A DNA stretch of 64,000 bases from an uncultured Acholeplasmataceae bacterium (GTDB taxonomy: Bacteria; Bacillota_I; Bacilli_A; Acholeplasmatales; Acholeplasmataceae). The DNA is taken from positions 30,037 through 94,036 of the forward strand of contig CAUUCL010000001.1 of assembly GCA_963543845.1 (NCBI GenBank), written 5' to 3'. Shown in pieces: positions 49,550-59,436 of this stretch (position 1 is its first letter; each line of letters begins with the position of its first letter). Below the pieces are notes generated by a model that did no database searches, was not told the origin of the DNA, and worked only from the letters and a program-made list of their open reading frames with translations. The position numbers and the translations under genes are program-made.

Positions 49550-51175
49550 TTAAATTATCTCCTCATACTTCATTTTAATTTCTTTTTTATAAAAACTAAA
49601 ACATACAATAATTTTTTTAGAGTAATCTTTTATCTCATCAATATAATTTTTCTCTTTTATTTGCTTTAGTCCTTCATCTAATTTTTTATCCATATCAGAT
49701 AAGCTGCTTGCTTTTTTAAATTCAAAGATGTAAGAGTATTTATTTTTATCAAAGTTTCTAAATGCAATATCATATCTTCCTTCTCCTAATTCAGTATTTG
49801 ATTTATAACTTCCAATTCCAAGAGAGTATAAAATTGTTGCAAAAGCAATATGATATGTTCTTTCATCAGTATTTTTAGGTAAATCCATAAATGAGTAGGC
49901 ATCATTAAAAATTGACTTTAAAAACTTCTCAACACCCTTTAAATATCCCTCGTTTAATGAATCTCTTAAGTTTATTAAATCATTAGGAACTTTATAAAGT
50001 CCACTTGCAGATATATCAGATATTGAATGAAGAACTTCCTTATTTACAATCCTTGAACTTCCGTCGATATTATTTGTAATGTATCCTATTGAAATCATAT
50101 AAGCAAATAATTTATTAGGATCATTTAAATCCTCAATTATAAGTTTACCTGGATCTGAATTTCTAAGTCTAACTGATTTTCCTTTTGCAAGTTCGATAAA
50201 TTCTTGTTTTATATTATTAGGTGCTTTAATAAGCATTTTACTTATTAGCTCGGCAGATGATGTCATTGTCCAGTATGGCTTTAGTTTTTTCTCGTATAAA
50301 AAGTTAAGAATTGACCATGGGTTATACATCTCACTTTTTCCAAAAAGATATCCATCATAGTAATCTTTTACATCGGCTTTATATTCGGTAAGATTATATT
50401 CTTTTAGTGCGGCTAAAACCTCATTATTCGTAAAACCGAAAGAATCAGAAAAAGGATCAACATCAAGACCATATACTTTCAAATTATTTAGTCCTGAAAA
50501 AATATTACTGTGAGTTATTCTAGTTATTCCTGTAATAACTGCTTTTTCTAAATAGGGATTAGTCTTTAAAGCAGATGAGTACAAGTTAGAAAAAAATTGA
50601 ATAGCCTTATCAATGTATCCATTTTGAAAGGCATTTAAAATAGGTGCTTCATATTCATCAATTAGGAGAATAACTTTTTCATTATGGTGTTTATGAAATA
50701 TTTTTGAAAACTGATAAAGGGCTGTACTAAGAGACATTTCATCGACATTTTTAATGTCATCGATTATTTTCTTATCTTCACTACTTAAGTCATTAAATTC
50801 ATCGATTTTTTCAAGCAGTATAGAAAATTTATTTCTTAGCATTTTAAGCATATCACTAAAATTATTTGATTGTAAGTCCTTCATTGTAATATTTATAATA
50901 GGATACTTCCCTTGATTTTCCATATATTTTGATTTAGAAATTATAAGATCATCAAATAGTTTTTTATTCTCATGATTATTTTCTATATTATAAAAATAAT
51001 CAAGCATAGAGATAAATAAGGTCTTACCAAATCTACGAGGCCTTGGAAAAAGATAAACTTTCACACTAGATTTTAAACTTTCAATTAAATCTATTGAGCC
51101 AGTTTTATCAACATAATATAAATCATCTTCAATTATCTCTTTAAAATCCTCTGTTCCAATTGGTAAATTTTTCAT
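49550..51175 (-). CDS. AAA-ATPase_like / PD-(D/E)XK (DUF1703-type) protein
   Basis: 541 aa. N-terminus PIGTEDFKEII..LYYVDKT...PRPRRFGKTLFISML. C-terminus ELGEGRYDIAF...YIFEFK nuclease core. Confidence 0.75.
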   Translation of the reverse strand: MKNLPIGTEDFKEIIEDDLYYVDKTGSIDLIESLKSSVKVYLFPRPRRFGKTLFISMLDYFYNIENNHENKKLFDDLIISKSKYMENQGKYPIINITMKDLQSNNFSDMLKMLRNKFSILLEKIDEFNDLSSEDKKIIDDIKNVDEMSLSTALYQFSKIFHKHHNEKVILLIDEYEAPILNAFQNGYIDKAIQFFSNLYSSALKTNPYLEKAVITGITRITHSNIFSGLNNLKVYGLDVDPFSDSFGFTNNEVLAALKEYNLTEYKADVKDYYDGYLFGKSEMYNPWSILNFLYEKKLKPYWTMTSSAELISKMLIKAPNNIKQEFIELAKGKSVRLRNSDPGKLIIEDLNDPNKLFAYMISIGYITNNIDGSSRIVNKEVLHSISDISASGLYKVPNDLINLRDSLNEGYLKGVEKFLKSIFNDAYSFMDLPKNTDERTYHIAFATILYSLGIGSYKSNTELGEGRYDIAFRNFDKNKYSYIFEFKKASSLSDMDKKLDEGLKQIKEKNYIDEIKDYSKKIIVCFSFYKKEIKMKYEEII

Positions 51176-51296
51176 TTATAAGCTCCTTTTTATATACTTA
51201 TTATACCTGTTTTAGAATTATTTTCAAAATAAATAAAATAATTGAATTTATCTTTATAGTTCTTTAAGTGATAGTCTAATCTGAATAAATTTTATC

Positions 51297-51321
51297 AAAA
51301 AGAGGCCTTACGGCCCCTTTT
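51297..51321 (-). terminator. terminator of the GH18 / giant-lipoprotein operon
   Basis: Minus strand AAAAGGGGCC-GTAA-GGCCTCTTTT followed by TGATAAAA. Confidence 0.6.
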
Positions 51322-51347
51322 AGATAGTAAATTTATTTTACCAAATA

Positions 51348-54300
51348 TTATTTAGCAATGAAAGATATATCCGCAAGATATACAGACCATGTTGCCTTTT
51401 TTTGCTCTTTCTTATCGATAACAACTTTCACAAATCTAACAGTTTTTTTATTTGTAGTTTCCATCTCATATTTAAACTTATGTTCATTATTTTCCGCAAC
51501 CCCAATTAAATCAGATTCTGTAAATTCCTCAATTGTTGAGCCATAAAAATGAAGTTTAGTCATGTTATTAGAATTAGGAGCTGATCCCAAGAAATGCATA
51601 ACGATTTTGTCAATTTCAACATTATGTTTAAATTCAAATAAAAGTTCAACTTTTCCAGTAGTCCAATCATATTGCACCAATGCTCTCGTATTTAAATTTG
51701 CCTCTCCTGTATCTAAACTATCATAACATTTTCCTATTGCAAATTCATCTTTCCAAGACGGTCTACCTTGTAAAATTTTTAAATCTTTTATTAGTCCATT
51801 CATTCTTGAACCTGATGCTGGTTTTGGTGCCCAATTAGCAGTAAATTTAGTATTTCCCTTAACTAGATATCCAACAGGATCTACTTTTTGACCATCAATT
51901 AACCATCCATCAAATACAAAGTTATCCTTTTTAAGATAAAATTCATCAAGTACAATATCCTCTGTAAGCTTAGTTCCTTTTTCATGTTGCATTACAACAT
52001 CATCGGCACTACCATTATATGTTCCACCATTAAGATCAAATCTTACCTCGGATTTTTCATCAGTTTTTTTCTTAATTACTTCAATTTCTTTTGAAACTTC
52101 AAAACCATCAACATACAGAATTGAAATCGTTACTCTGTATTTATCACCTGCAATTTGTTGAACTAAAGTTTTAACTTTTGATTCATCAAAATTATATTCA
52201 GCCTCAATATAATCTTTAATTTCATCAGTTGTAAGCATTTCTTCAGAATCCTTTATTACAAATTCAACTGGTTTAACCATATCAAGATAATCTTGAATCA
52301 TTTTCATAGACGCAGGATCTTTTTCCCAAACTGCTTCCAATTCTTCATCTTGTGTAAGAATTGTAGCTCCCCATGCGATTTCTTGATTTGTTGATTTAAT
52401 AAGCCATGTTTTTAATCTATAATGATCTTTTGTAGGTGTTGGGAACATATTCTTAAGAAGTGGAACTCCTTTAGGAATATCTTTAACTACATCATCATGA
52501 CTACCATTTATTAGTCCACCATTTAATTTTAAAGTTCCTCTAACAGTTTCAGTTTGTGCATATGCTTCAATTTCATATATTCTTGCAGCCGAGTTTGAAG
52601 CTTGTTCTGCTTGAGCTATTTTTACTCTAATTCTCTTAACTGGTGCACCTGCAAATGAGTGTTTAGAATAGCTTGAGCGGTTATCATCAACAACTTGCCA
52701 ATCTTTCCAAACTCCATCACTTCCAGCATATTGGATAGTGAATTTTTTAGTATTCATAGATGCAGACTCACCGCCCATTTCAGCATGAACAATATTTATT
52801 TGAGCAATAAACATCTCAGATGATAAGATACCTTCAATCCATTTTTCAGCAGAACTATTATCACACCATTTAGTGTTATTTCTTCCATCAAATGCTTTTT
52901 CTGGTGATTCGTTGTAGTTTACGTATGCTGATGCATCGCTTCCTGTAAATGCGCCTGCACCAACTTTAGATACTCTAACTATTTCAACATTTTCTTTTGT
53001 CTTTGAGTATGTTGGAACCTTCTTAGATTTTAATGTTACATCGTATTTATCAGCTTTTCTTTCAACAGATACTTCTACGATTTCGCCATTTGTGAAATTA
53101 GATATGTGAGCTGTGATATCATTTATTTCATTGTCCTCATGAACATAACCCATCTTATCTTGAAGTTTATTAAACTCATTCATGAACTCATCTTTAATTT
53201 CGCCTTCAAGATCATATTCAAGTTCAAATGTAACATCGCTTGTAACATTTATTGTTAATTTATAATTACCTGCTTTTAAATCATCTAATCTATTAACACC
53301 ATTTACTGTAAACTTACTTACTGCATGGTATTGTTTTTGTGCTACCGCAATTTCTACATTGCTTCCAGATACAATTGAATCAGGGAATAATGTTGGATCT
53401 GTTAATGTTATACCATCAATTAGGTTTATCTTATAAGTTGTTACTTGTTTCCATTTAAATACAAGTGTTGCTCCATCACCATTATCATAGCCATCTTCCC
53501 ATGTTTTTGGTTTTTGGTGTGATACTAATTTTGCATCTATTTCGACATTTCCTGCTCTTCCCATCGCAAAGGCATCTTTTCTTGCTAGCATCATTGTGCT
53601 TGGTAGAGTTATTTTTTCTATTTGAGTATTTCCTTTAAAGGCATTTCCTTCAATTTCTACTACTCCCTCTTTAATTATTAAAATCTTAGTAGTAGTGTTT
53701 TCTGCAAATGCATACTTAGATATTTTTTCAATGTCTGCTGGAAGTTCAGCGTTTTCCTCTAAATTCTTAGCATCTACTAATACCTTATTTATTACAACTG
53801 CTTTATCAGATGTTTGTTTTTGGCTAAGCCATTTAGTTCCTTTAATAAAGTCTTTTCCAAATTCTTTAACGCCAGTTCCAAATGTAATATCACCAAGATT
53901 TGTATCACCATTAAATGCATCATCCTCGATTGCTTTTACGCTATCTGGAATTACTACTTTCTCAATTGTAATATTATCTTTGAAGGCATCCTTTTTAATT
54001 CTCTTAATTTGGGCACCTTCAACATTTTCTGGAATTGCGAATTCTTTTAATGTGTTATTTTTTAATCTTACAAATACTAACTCATTATTTTCATATGCTA
54101 AATCATAATCAGGATTTACATCAGCATATTTTGCTTTTAGGGTGATTGATTTTACTACTGGTTTTGTAAAATCATATACGCTATCATCTAAGAACCAGCC
54201 TACAAATACTTTTCCAGGTTTTGTTGGAACAACGCTTGGCTCACTAGCCATCTCGCCTTTATTTAATACTTGCGCTTTTATCTCATCTGAAACATTTCCG

Positions 54301-57300
54301 CCATCAAGGTCAAATGTTACTTTATTCTTATATGCCCAGTGGAAAGTATATAATCCAGCTTTTCTTGATTCATGTTCTCTAATTTGATTCCAATCATTAT
54401 TCCATGTAGTTGGGGCACTCTCAACTTCTGATACCATCACATCTAAATGGATTGGATCTTTATTTCCTCCTGTATAGTATGTCTCAAAGATAAATCCTCT
54501 TTTTTCTATTTTCTTAATTGTTCCTGGGATTTTTACCTTCTTTAAATCACCATTAAGATAAAATGCATATGAATCAATATATTCAACACTTTCAGGTATT
54601 TCAAGCTCCTCAATGTTTTTTAAATTGATAAATGCTCCTTTAGCAATTCTTTTTACATTAGGAATTTTATCAGCTGCAGTCATCTTTGATGCATCAAGTA
54701 GTGTATCGTTTGCTACGATAAAATGACCCTCATTAAGTCTATCATTATACCATGCAGTATCATCAAATGCACCAAAACCAAATCTTGTAAGAGATGTAGG
54801 AATAGTTATTTTTTTAAGACTAGTTGAAAAGCTAAATACTTTATCACCGATTTCTTTTAATCCTTCAGGTAAAACTATTTCCTTAATTCCAGTATTATAA
54901 AATGCCTCTGCTCTTATATATTCAAGCTTACTTCCTTCCTCAAAAGAGAATTTAGTAATTTTTGAAAATAATGTTCCCGCAAATGCTCTAAATCCAATAT
55001 ACTTAACAGATTTTGGAAGAGTTAACTCTCTATTTCCAAGTTTTGATTTAAAGAATGCATAACTTGAAATTTCCTCTATATCTTTTCCAAATGTAATATT
55101 TGAACAATCATATTCAGAAAATGCCCATTCACCAATTTTTTTAACATTATTTGGTATAATCATATCCTTTGTGAATGCACCATCAGCTGCAAGTAAAACA
55201 CCATTTACCACAAGAACATGGTCATCATTTTCAACACCTTTTTTAAGCCATTCAGAATTAGCAAATTGATTTTTATTAATATTTGTAAAGTCAGAATCTT
55301 CAAATACAACTTTTCTTAGTGTCTTTGCTGCAAATGCATTATGACCAATTGATTTAAGAGATGCAGGAATTACAATTTCTTCAATACTTGTCTCAGCAAA
55401 AGCAAAATCAGAAACAACTTTTACTGATTGAGGAAGTTTAACTTTTTCAAGCTTAGAAAGGTAAAACGCTCCACAGTGGATTTCCTCAAGTTTATTTCCT
55501 AAAATTGTTAAACTCTTTATTGTTTGATTAAATTCAAATGCTTGCTCACCAATTGCGACAATTGTGTATTTAACGCCAGAAACTGTTAGTGTTTCAGGAA
55601 TATATAAATGAGCAATTCCAGGTTTAACACCAGTTATTCTTGCATTAGTGCTTCCTTCTTCTACTTTTTCAAATTCTAAATAAGTTTCAGTATCAAATAC
55701 TGGTTTTATTTCAATGTTTTGCTCAACTTTAGTTACGCCAAATTTAAATTCATCATTAGTATCTTTATTTATCCATTTTAATAATTTATATCCTGGCAGA
55801 ATAATTTCTTCACTAAATGGATATTCAAGAGTTTGTTCGTTTAAAACTCTCGCAGTAAATCCATCATAGTTAGATTTATTTAATATATCCTCTACGATAT
55901 TAAACTTAACAGTGTGCGCACCAGCAGAATATTGTGCGTAAATAGTTTCATCATAATCCATTATTTTATTAAACGGAAATGGAGTATTTCCATCTTTATC
56001 TGTTGTCCAAGATTTAAATACATCTTGACTATTTATATAAGTAAGCTCGCTTGCTTTTGGAAGTTTGTCTTCAGTAAGTTTGCTCTTTTTATAAACTGTT
56101 ATTACTGGTTTATCCATACCTTTATATGTCGCTTTTCCTTGTAGGTCTAATGTTACTTTTACAACCTCAGGTAAAACTGTTAAATCTTTTGTAAAGGTTG
56201 CTTCACCGCTTAGTTTATGGGTTAGTGTTATCTCAAATTTATTCTCATCTTTTTTAACTACTTCAACTTTTGCGACAATGCTCATATCTAGTAGCTCTTC
56301 TAGTTTTTCTTTTACCTTTTCAACTTGTACATTACCATCTGGTGCAACTACTCTTACATCAGATAACTTGTTAAACTCTTCTTCTAGTTTTTGGATATAT
56401 TCTTGTTTTACTTTAAACTCTACCTTTAAAGTAATGTTTCCTGTCATCTCGAATTCATACTCATTATTATTTATCTCAGACATTGGAACAGGAATATTAT
56501 TTTTTGATAAAGTTTTTAAATCCTTATGCTCTGGCGTTTTAATTCTTATTTTTACTCTTGTTCCTTGAGTAATTGAATCAGGATTAGCTGCTGCTGGTTC
56601 TACTATTTCAATAAAATTAGAATCGAAAGTTAATCCAAATTTTGGAAGTATTTTCTTAACTTCATATGTTTTATCTTTTTTAGCCTTTTCGTTATCTTTA
56701 TGAACTAGCTCTACATTATACTTTTTACCAGCTTCAACTTCAGTAACATTTACATTAACCACTGAGTTATCAACTATATTATTTAATCTCTCTTTTACTT
56801 TTTCAACAGTTATATTTTGGCTTTGCTCAAGTTCTATCTCAAGTAAGTTTGAAACTAAAGCATTATCTATTTTTTCCAACTCTTCGTCAATTTCAGTTAA
56901 AAATTGTGTTAAGTCCTCAGCTTTTTCAAATTCATATTCATTAACTGCTGTTAGAGTAACATCTTTTTTATGAGTTAGTTTTATCTCGTATTTTTTACCT
57001 GCTTCTTTTTCTACAACTTCAACACTTACTTTATCTGTATCTACTACCTCTTCGATTTTTGCTTTAACATTTTCAAGTGTTACATCATCTGAAAGCTCAA
57101 TCTTGCCATTTTGAACTAAGGCATCAACTTTAGCCTTTTCTGCATCAAGTTCAGCTTTTAAAGGATTAGTTGCATTTTCTAGTTCTACTTCTACTGTTGT
57201 ATTTTTGGTAATTTTAAAAGTTATCTTGTTTGCTACAAGCTCACCTTTTTTCTCTTCACCATTTATCTTAAATGATTTTAAAGTTTTTCCTACTTGCGGG

Positions 57301-58178
57301 ATAAACTCAAGTTCTACATCAGTATTTTCGGCAATTTTAGCTAAGTTAGCTACATTTGCTTTTACCTCAGCAGGCAGTGTTAAACTAAAATAATTAACTA
57401 TTGGGTTATTTTCAAGTTCTACCTCTACTGTTGTGTTTTGTGTAATTTTAAAAGTTAATTTATTAGCTACTAATTTATCCTTTTTCTCTTCACCATTTAT
57501 CTTAAATGATTTTAGGGTTTTTCCTGCTTGTGGGATAAACTCAAGTTCTACATCAGTTCCTTTTTTAATCTTTGTTAAATCAGCAACGTTTGCTTTTACC
57601 TCAGCAGGTAGTGTTAAACTATAATTTTCCTCAACTACGCTTGTTTCATATTCAATCTCAACTTTTGTATCTTGAGTTATTTTAAATGTTATCTTGTTTG
57701 CTACAAGCTCACTTTTTTTCTCTTCACCATTTATCTTAAATGATTTTAAGGTCTTTCCTGCTTGCACAATATGTTCAAGTGTTACATTTGTATCTTTATC
57801 AATACTATTAAGATCTTTTATACCTTCAGCTTTTACATCATTTGGCAGGCTTAATGATACTTGCTCTATCCATTTTGCTGTAAGTGTTATATCTTTTTCA
57901 ATTTTCTCTGCTTCACTGTTAAATAATGCTCCATCTAATAACCAGCCTGCTAGTCTATTTTTCTCTTTTACTGGTTTTGGTATTTGTTCTGCAGATAATT
58001 TTTCTCCATGTTTTACTAATACTTCAACACTATTTGTGTTTCCTGAAACATTTCCACCGTTTAAATTAAATAATACTTTCTTATCAACTTTTTTACATGA
58101 GTATAAAAATAATCCAAGCGATAAGAATAAAAATAGTACAGCAATTACTTTTATATATAATTTATTTTTTATTTTCAT
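51348..58178 (-). CDS. giant surface lipoprotein (2276 aa) with Listeria-Bacteroides (Flg_new) repeats, BspA-type leucine-rich repeats and an F5/8 type C (discoidin) carbohydrate-binding domain
   Basis: Signal peptide plus lipobox LYSC. At least 6 Flg_new units (F.LNGG.....V..G..L....P...G..F.GW). Two blocks of IPxSV..IG..AF LRR_5 repeats. Discoidin motif AFDGRNNTKW...IYEIEAY. AGGAGG SD. Confidence 0.85.
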   Translation of the reverse strand: MKIKNKLYIKVIAVLFLFLSLGLFLYSCKKVDKKVLFNLNGGNVSGNTNSVEVLVKHGEKLSAEQIPKPVKEKNRLAGWLLDGALFNSEAEKIEKDITLTAKWIEQVSLSLPNDVKAEGIKDLNSIDKDTNVTLEHIVQAGKTLKSFKINGEEKKSELVANKITFKITQDTKVEIEYETSVVEENYSLTLPAEVKANVADLTKIKKGTDVELEFIPQAGKTLKSFKINGEEKKDKLVANKLTFKITQNTTVEVELENNPIVNYFSLTLPAEVKANVANLAKIAENTDVELEFIPQVGKTLKSFKINGEEKKGELVANKITFKITKNTTVEVELENATNPLKAELDAEKAKVDALVQNGKIELSDDVTLENVKAKIEEVVDTDKVSVEVVEKEAGKKYEIKLTHKKDVTLTAVNEYEFEKAEDLTQFLTEIDEELEKIDNALVSNLLEIELEQSQNITVEKVKERLNNIVDNSVVNVNVTEVEAGKKYNVELVHKDNEKAKKDKTYEVKKILPKFGLTFDSNFIEIVEPAAANPDSITQGTRVKIRIKTPEHKDLKTLSKNNIPVPMSEINNNEYEFEMTGNITLKVEFKVKQEYIQKLEEEFNKLSDVRVVAPDGNVQVEKVKEKLEELLDMSIVAKVEVVKKDENKFEITLTHKLSGEATFTKDLTVLPEVVKVTLDLQGKATYKGMDKPVITVYKKSKLTEDKLPKASELTYINSQDVFKSWTTDKDGNTPFPFNKIMDYDETIYAQYSAGAHTVKFNIVEDILNKSNYDGFTARVLNEQTLEYPFSEEIILPGYKLLKWINKDTNDEFKFGVTKVEQNIEIKPVFDTETYLEFEKVEEGSTNARITGVKPGIAHLYIPETLTVSGVKYTIVAIGEQAFEFNQTIKSLTILGNKLEEIHCGAFYLSKLEKVKLPQSVKVVSDFAFAETSIEEIVIPASLKSIGHNAFAAKTLRKVVFEDSDFTNINKNQFANSEWLKKGVENDDHVLVVNGVLLAADGAFTKDMIIPNNVKKIGEWAFSEYDCSNITFGKDIEEISSYAFFKSKLGNRELTLPKSVKYIGFRAFAGTLFSKITKFSFEEGSKLEYIRAEAFYNTGIKEIVLPEGLKEIGDKVFSFSTSLKKITIPTSLTRFGFGAFDDTAWYNDRLNEGHFIVANDTLLDASKMTAADKIPNVKRIAKGAFINLKNIEELEIPESVEYIDSYAFYLNGDLKKVKIPGTIKKIEKRGFIFETYYTGGNKDPIHLDVMVSEVESAPTTWNNDWNQIREHESRKAGLYTFHWAYKNKVTFDLDGGNVSDEIKAQVLNKGEMASEPSVVPTKPGKVFVGWFLDDSVYDFTKPVVKSITLKAKYADVNPDYDLAYENNELVFVRLKNNTLKEFAIPENVEGAQIKRIKKDAFKDNITIEKVVIPDSVKAIEDDAFNGDTNLGDITFGTGVKEFGKDFIKGTKWLSQKQTSDKAVVINKVLVDAKNLEENAELPADIEKISKYAFAENTTTKILIIKEGVVEIEGNAFKGNTQIEKITLPSTMMLARKDAFAMGRAGNVEIDAKLVSHQKPKTWEDGYDNGDGATLVFKWKQVTTYKINLIDGITLTDPTLFPDSIVSGSNVEIAVAQKQYHAVSKFTVNGVNRLDDLKAGNYKLTINVTSDVTFELEYDLEGEIKDEFMNEFNKLQDKMGYVHEDNEINDITAHISNFTNGEIVEVSVERKADKYDVTLKSKKVPTYSKTKENVEIVRVSKVGAGAFTGSDASAYVNYNESPEKAFDGRNNTKWCDNSSAEKWIEGILSSEMFIAQINIVHAEMGGESASMNTKKFTIQYAGSDGVWKDWQVVDDNRSSYSKHSFAGAPVKRIRVKIAQAEQASNSAARIYEIEAYAQTETVRGTLKLNGGLINGSHDDVVKDIPKGVPLLKNMFPTPTKDHYRLKTWLIKSTNQEIAWGATILTQDEELEAVWEKDPASMKMIQDYLDMVKPVEFVIKDSEEMLTTDEIKDYIEAEYNFDESKVKTLVQQIAGDKYRVTISILYVDGFEVSKEIEVIKKKTDEKSEVRFDLNGGTYNGSADDVVMQHEKGTKLTEDIVLDEFYLKKDNFVFDGWLIDGQKVDPVGYLVKGNTKFTANWAPKPASGSRMNGLIKDLKILQGRPSWKDEFAIGKCYDSLDTGEANLNTRALVQYDWTTGKVELLFEFKHNVEIDKIVMHFLGSAPNSNNMTKLHFYGSTIEEFTESDLIGVAENNEHKFKYEMETTNKKTVRFVKVVIDKKEQKKATWSVYLADISFIAK
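57160..57860 (-). repeat. 3 x 234-bp in-frame tandem repeat inside the giant lipoprotein gene
   Basis: The core ctcttcaccatttatcttaaatgatttta recurs at 57252, 57486 and 57720 (period exactly 234 nt). It encodes three 78-aa units ...GKTLKSFKINGEEKK.ELVANK(I/L)TFKIT... Confidence 0.88.
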
Positions 58179-58193
58179 ATAGATTGCCTCCTA

Positions 58194-59276
58194 TTATTGC
58201 TCTAGCATTTTCTTATAGTATATTCCAGTATCTCTTGTTTGGTGACCATACAAAATTTCTGAAAAATTACTAAATATTCCTGCTAAAGGACTATTAAAAT
58301 GTGGATTGAAATACATCACTGTTCCATTACCACTAGAAAGGGCTTTTTGTGCTTGCAGAGTCGCACTTGAAGCAGTTAAACCCCAATTGCACTCTATTGA
58401 ATAGTTAGAATGGTTTTTTCTTGAAATCCAATCTGGTGTCAGACCACCATTTCCATAGTTTTCATATGCAAAATCTATTTTATTTTTTACAGTATTTGTA
58501 TCAAAGCTAATAGCATAATTAAATACTGATAATATTTTTTTAGGGAATCTTTCTCTAAATCTTTTTACAAATAAGCTCGGAGCATCTGGTTTTGTTGGAA
58601 CACTAGGACGCTTCCAATATTCAGCATATTCATCGTCAATATCAAGACCATCAATTCCATACTTGTCAAATACCTCAGCAATTCTATCAAGAAAGTACTC
58701 AAGATTATCTCCATACATATTTTTATAACCCCAACCTTGGTGATGTGGAAGAAAATCTAGAACAACTCTTGTTCCTTTTTCTTGAAGCGGTTTAATCATC
58801 TTTTGAAAGTTTTCAAGAATTGCTTTAATACCCGCATTAAACTCAACTGTTGGTTTATTCGCAACTGGGTCATGCACGATATTTGCAGCAAATAGTGTAA
58901 CTATATCAAAATAAGGAACACCTGTATCACCTATTTCATATCTAAGAGCATTTAGCGGGTTATAATCGTTAGTCTCAACATAAGCATTAGCAATAACCCT
59001 TTTATATCTTCTTGTACCATCTCTATCAGTCCAGCCATATTTTACGTATGGAAGTTCCCTTTTATTTGGGATTTTATTATCTTCTATAGCGTAACCATTG
59101 GCATCAAGTTTGGATACATTTCCAAAATCACCCTGTTTGTACCCCTCCGTTCTCCAGCTTTGATCTGGAGATTTAGTATTTGGCTCTTCTTTTACTAAAT
59201 TTTTACCACAAGCAAAAAGAGTAAGTGAAAATACAGAAAAAACAAATACTAGAAACAAAGTTTTTATTTTTCTCAT
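58194..59276 (-). CDS. GH18 endo-beta-N-acetylglucosaminidase-like lipoprotein (EndoH/EndoF1 type)
   Basis: 360 aa. Lipobox LFAC. Catalytic DGLDIDDEYAEY (DxxDxDxE) closely resembling the EndoH LDGVDFDDEYAEY segment. Confidence 0.8.
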   Translation of the reverse strand: MRKIKTLFLVFVFSVFSLTLFACGKNLVKEEPNTKSPDQSWRTEGYKQGDFGNVSKLDANGYAIEDNKIPNKRELPYVKYGWTDRDGTRRYKRVIANAYVETNDYNPLNALRYEIGDTGVPYFDIVTLFAANIVHDPVANKPTVEFNAGIKAILENFQKMIKPLQEKGTRVVLDFLPHHQGWGYKNMYGDNLEYFLDRIAEVFDKYGIDGLDIDDEYAEYWKRPSVPTKPDAPSLFVKRFRERFPKKILSVFNYAISFDTNTVKNKIDFAYENYGNGGLTPDWISRKNHSNYSIECNWGLTASSATLQAQKALSSGNGTVMYFNPHFNSPLAGIFSNFSEILYGHQTRDTGIYYKKMLEQ

Positions 59277-59323
59277 AAAATTTTAGCCTCCTTTTATAAA
59301 ATTTTATATGTTTGTATATTTAT

Positions 59324-59351
59324 ATTTTAGCATAAAAATAAATTAAATCAA
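59324..59351 (-). promoter_or_regulatory. promoter of the GH18 / giant-lipoprotein operon
   Basis: Minus strand TTGATT-16 nt-TAAAAT with a TGC extension. AAAGGAGG SD before ATG 59276. Confidence 0.5.
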
Positions 59352-59403
59352 ATAAAATGAAAACGCTTACATTTTTTAACTTATTCTAAATTTCAAAACA
59401 AAA

Positions 59404-59436
59404 AAGACTAGATTTGAAAAATCTTCATCTAGTCTT
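59404..59436 (-). terminator. terminator after the GH84 gene
   Basis: AAGACTAGAT/ATCTAGTCTT stem followed by TTTTTGTTTTG on the minus strand. It overlaps the stop codon. Confidence 0.6.

Noticed and set aside
51358-58182. Ten plus-strand ORFs (60-162 aa) inside the giant gene, three of them with similar peptides (SSPFILNDFKVFP.CGINSSSTSV)
   Set aside because: They are antisense shadows of the 2276-aa ORF. Their mutual similarity simply mirrors the 234-bp tandem repeats on the coding strand.
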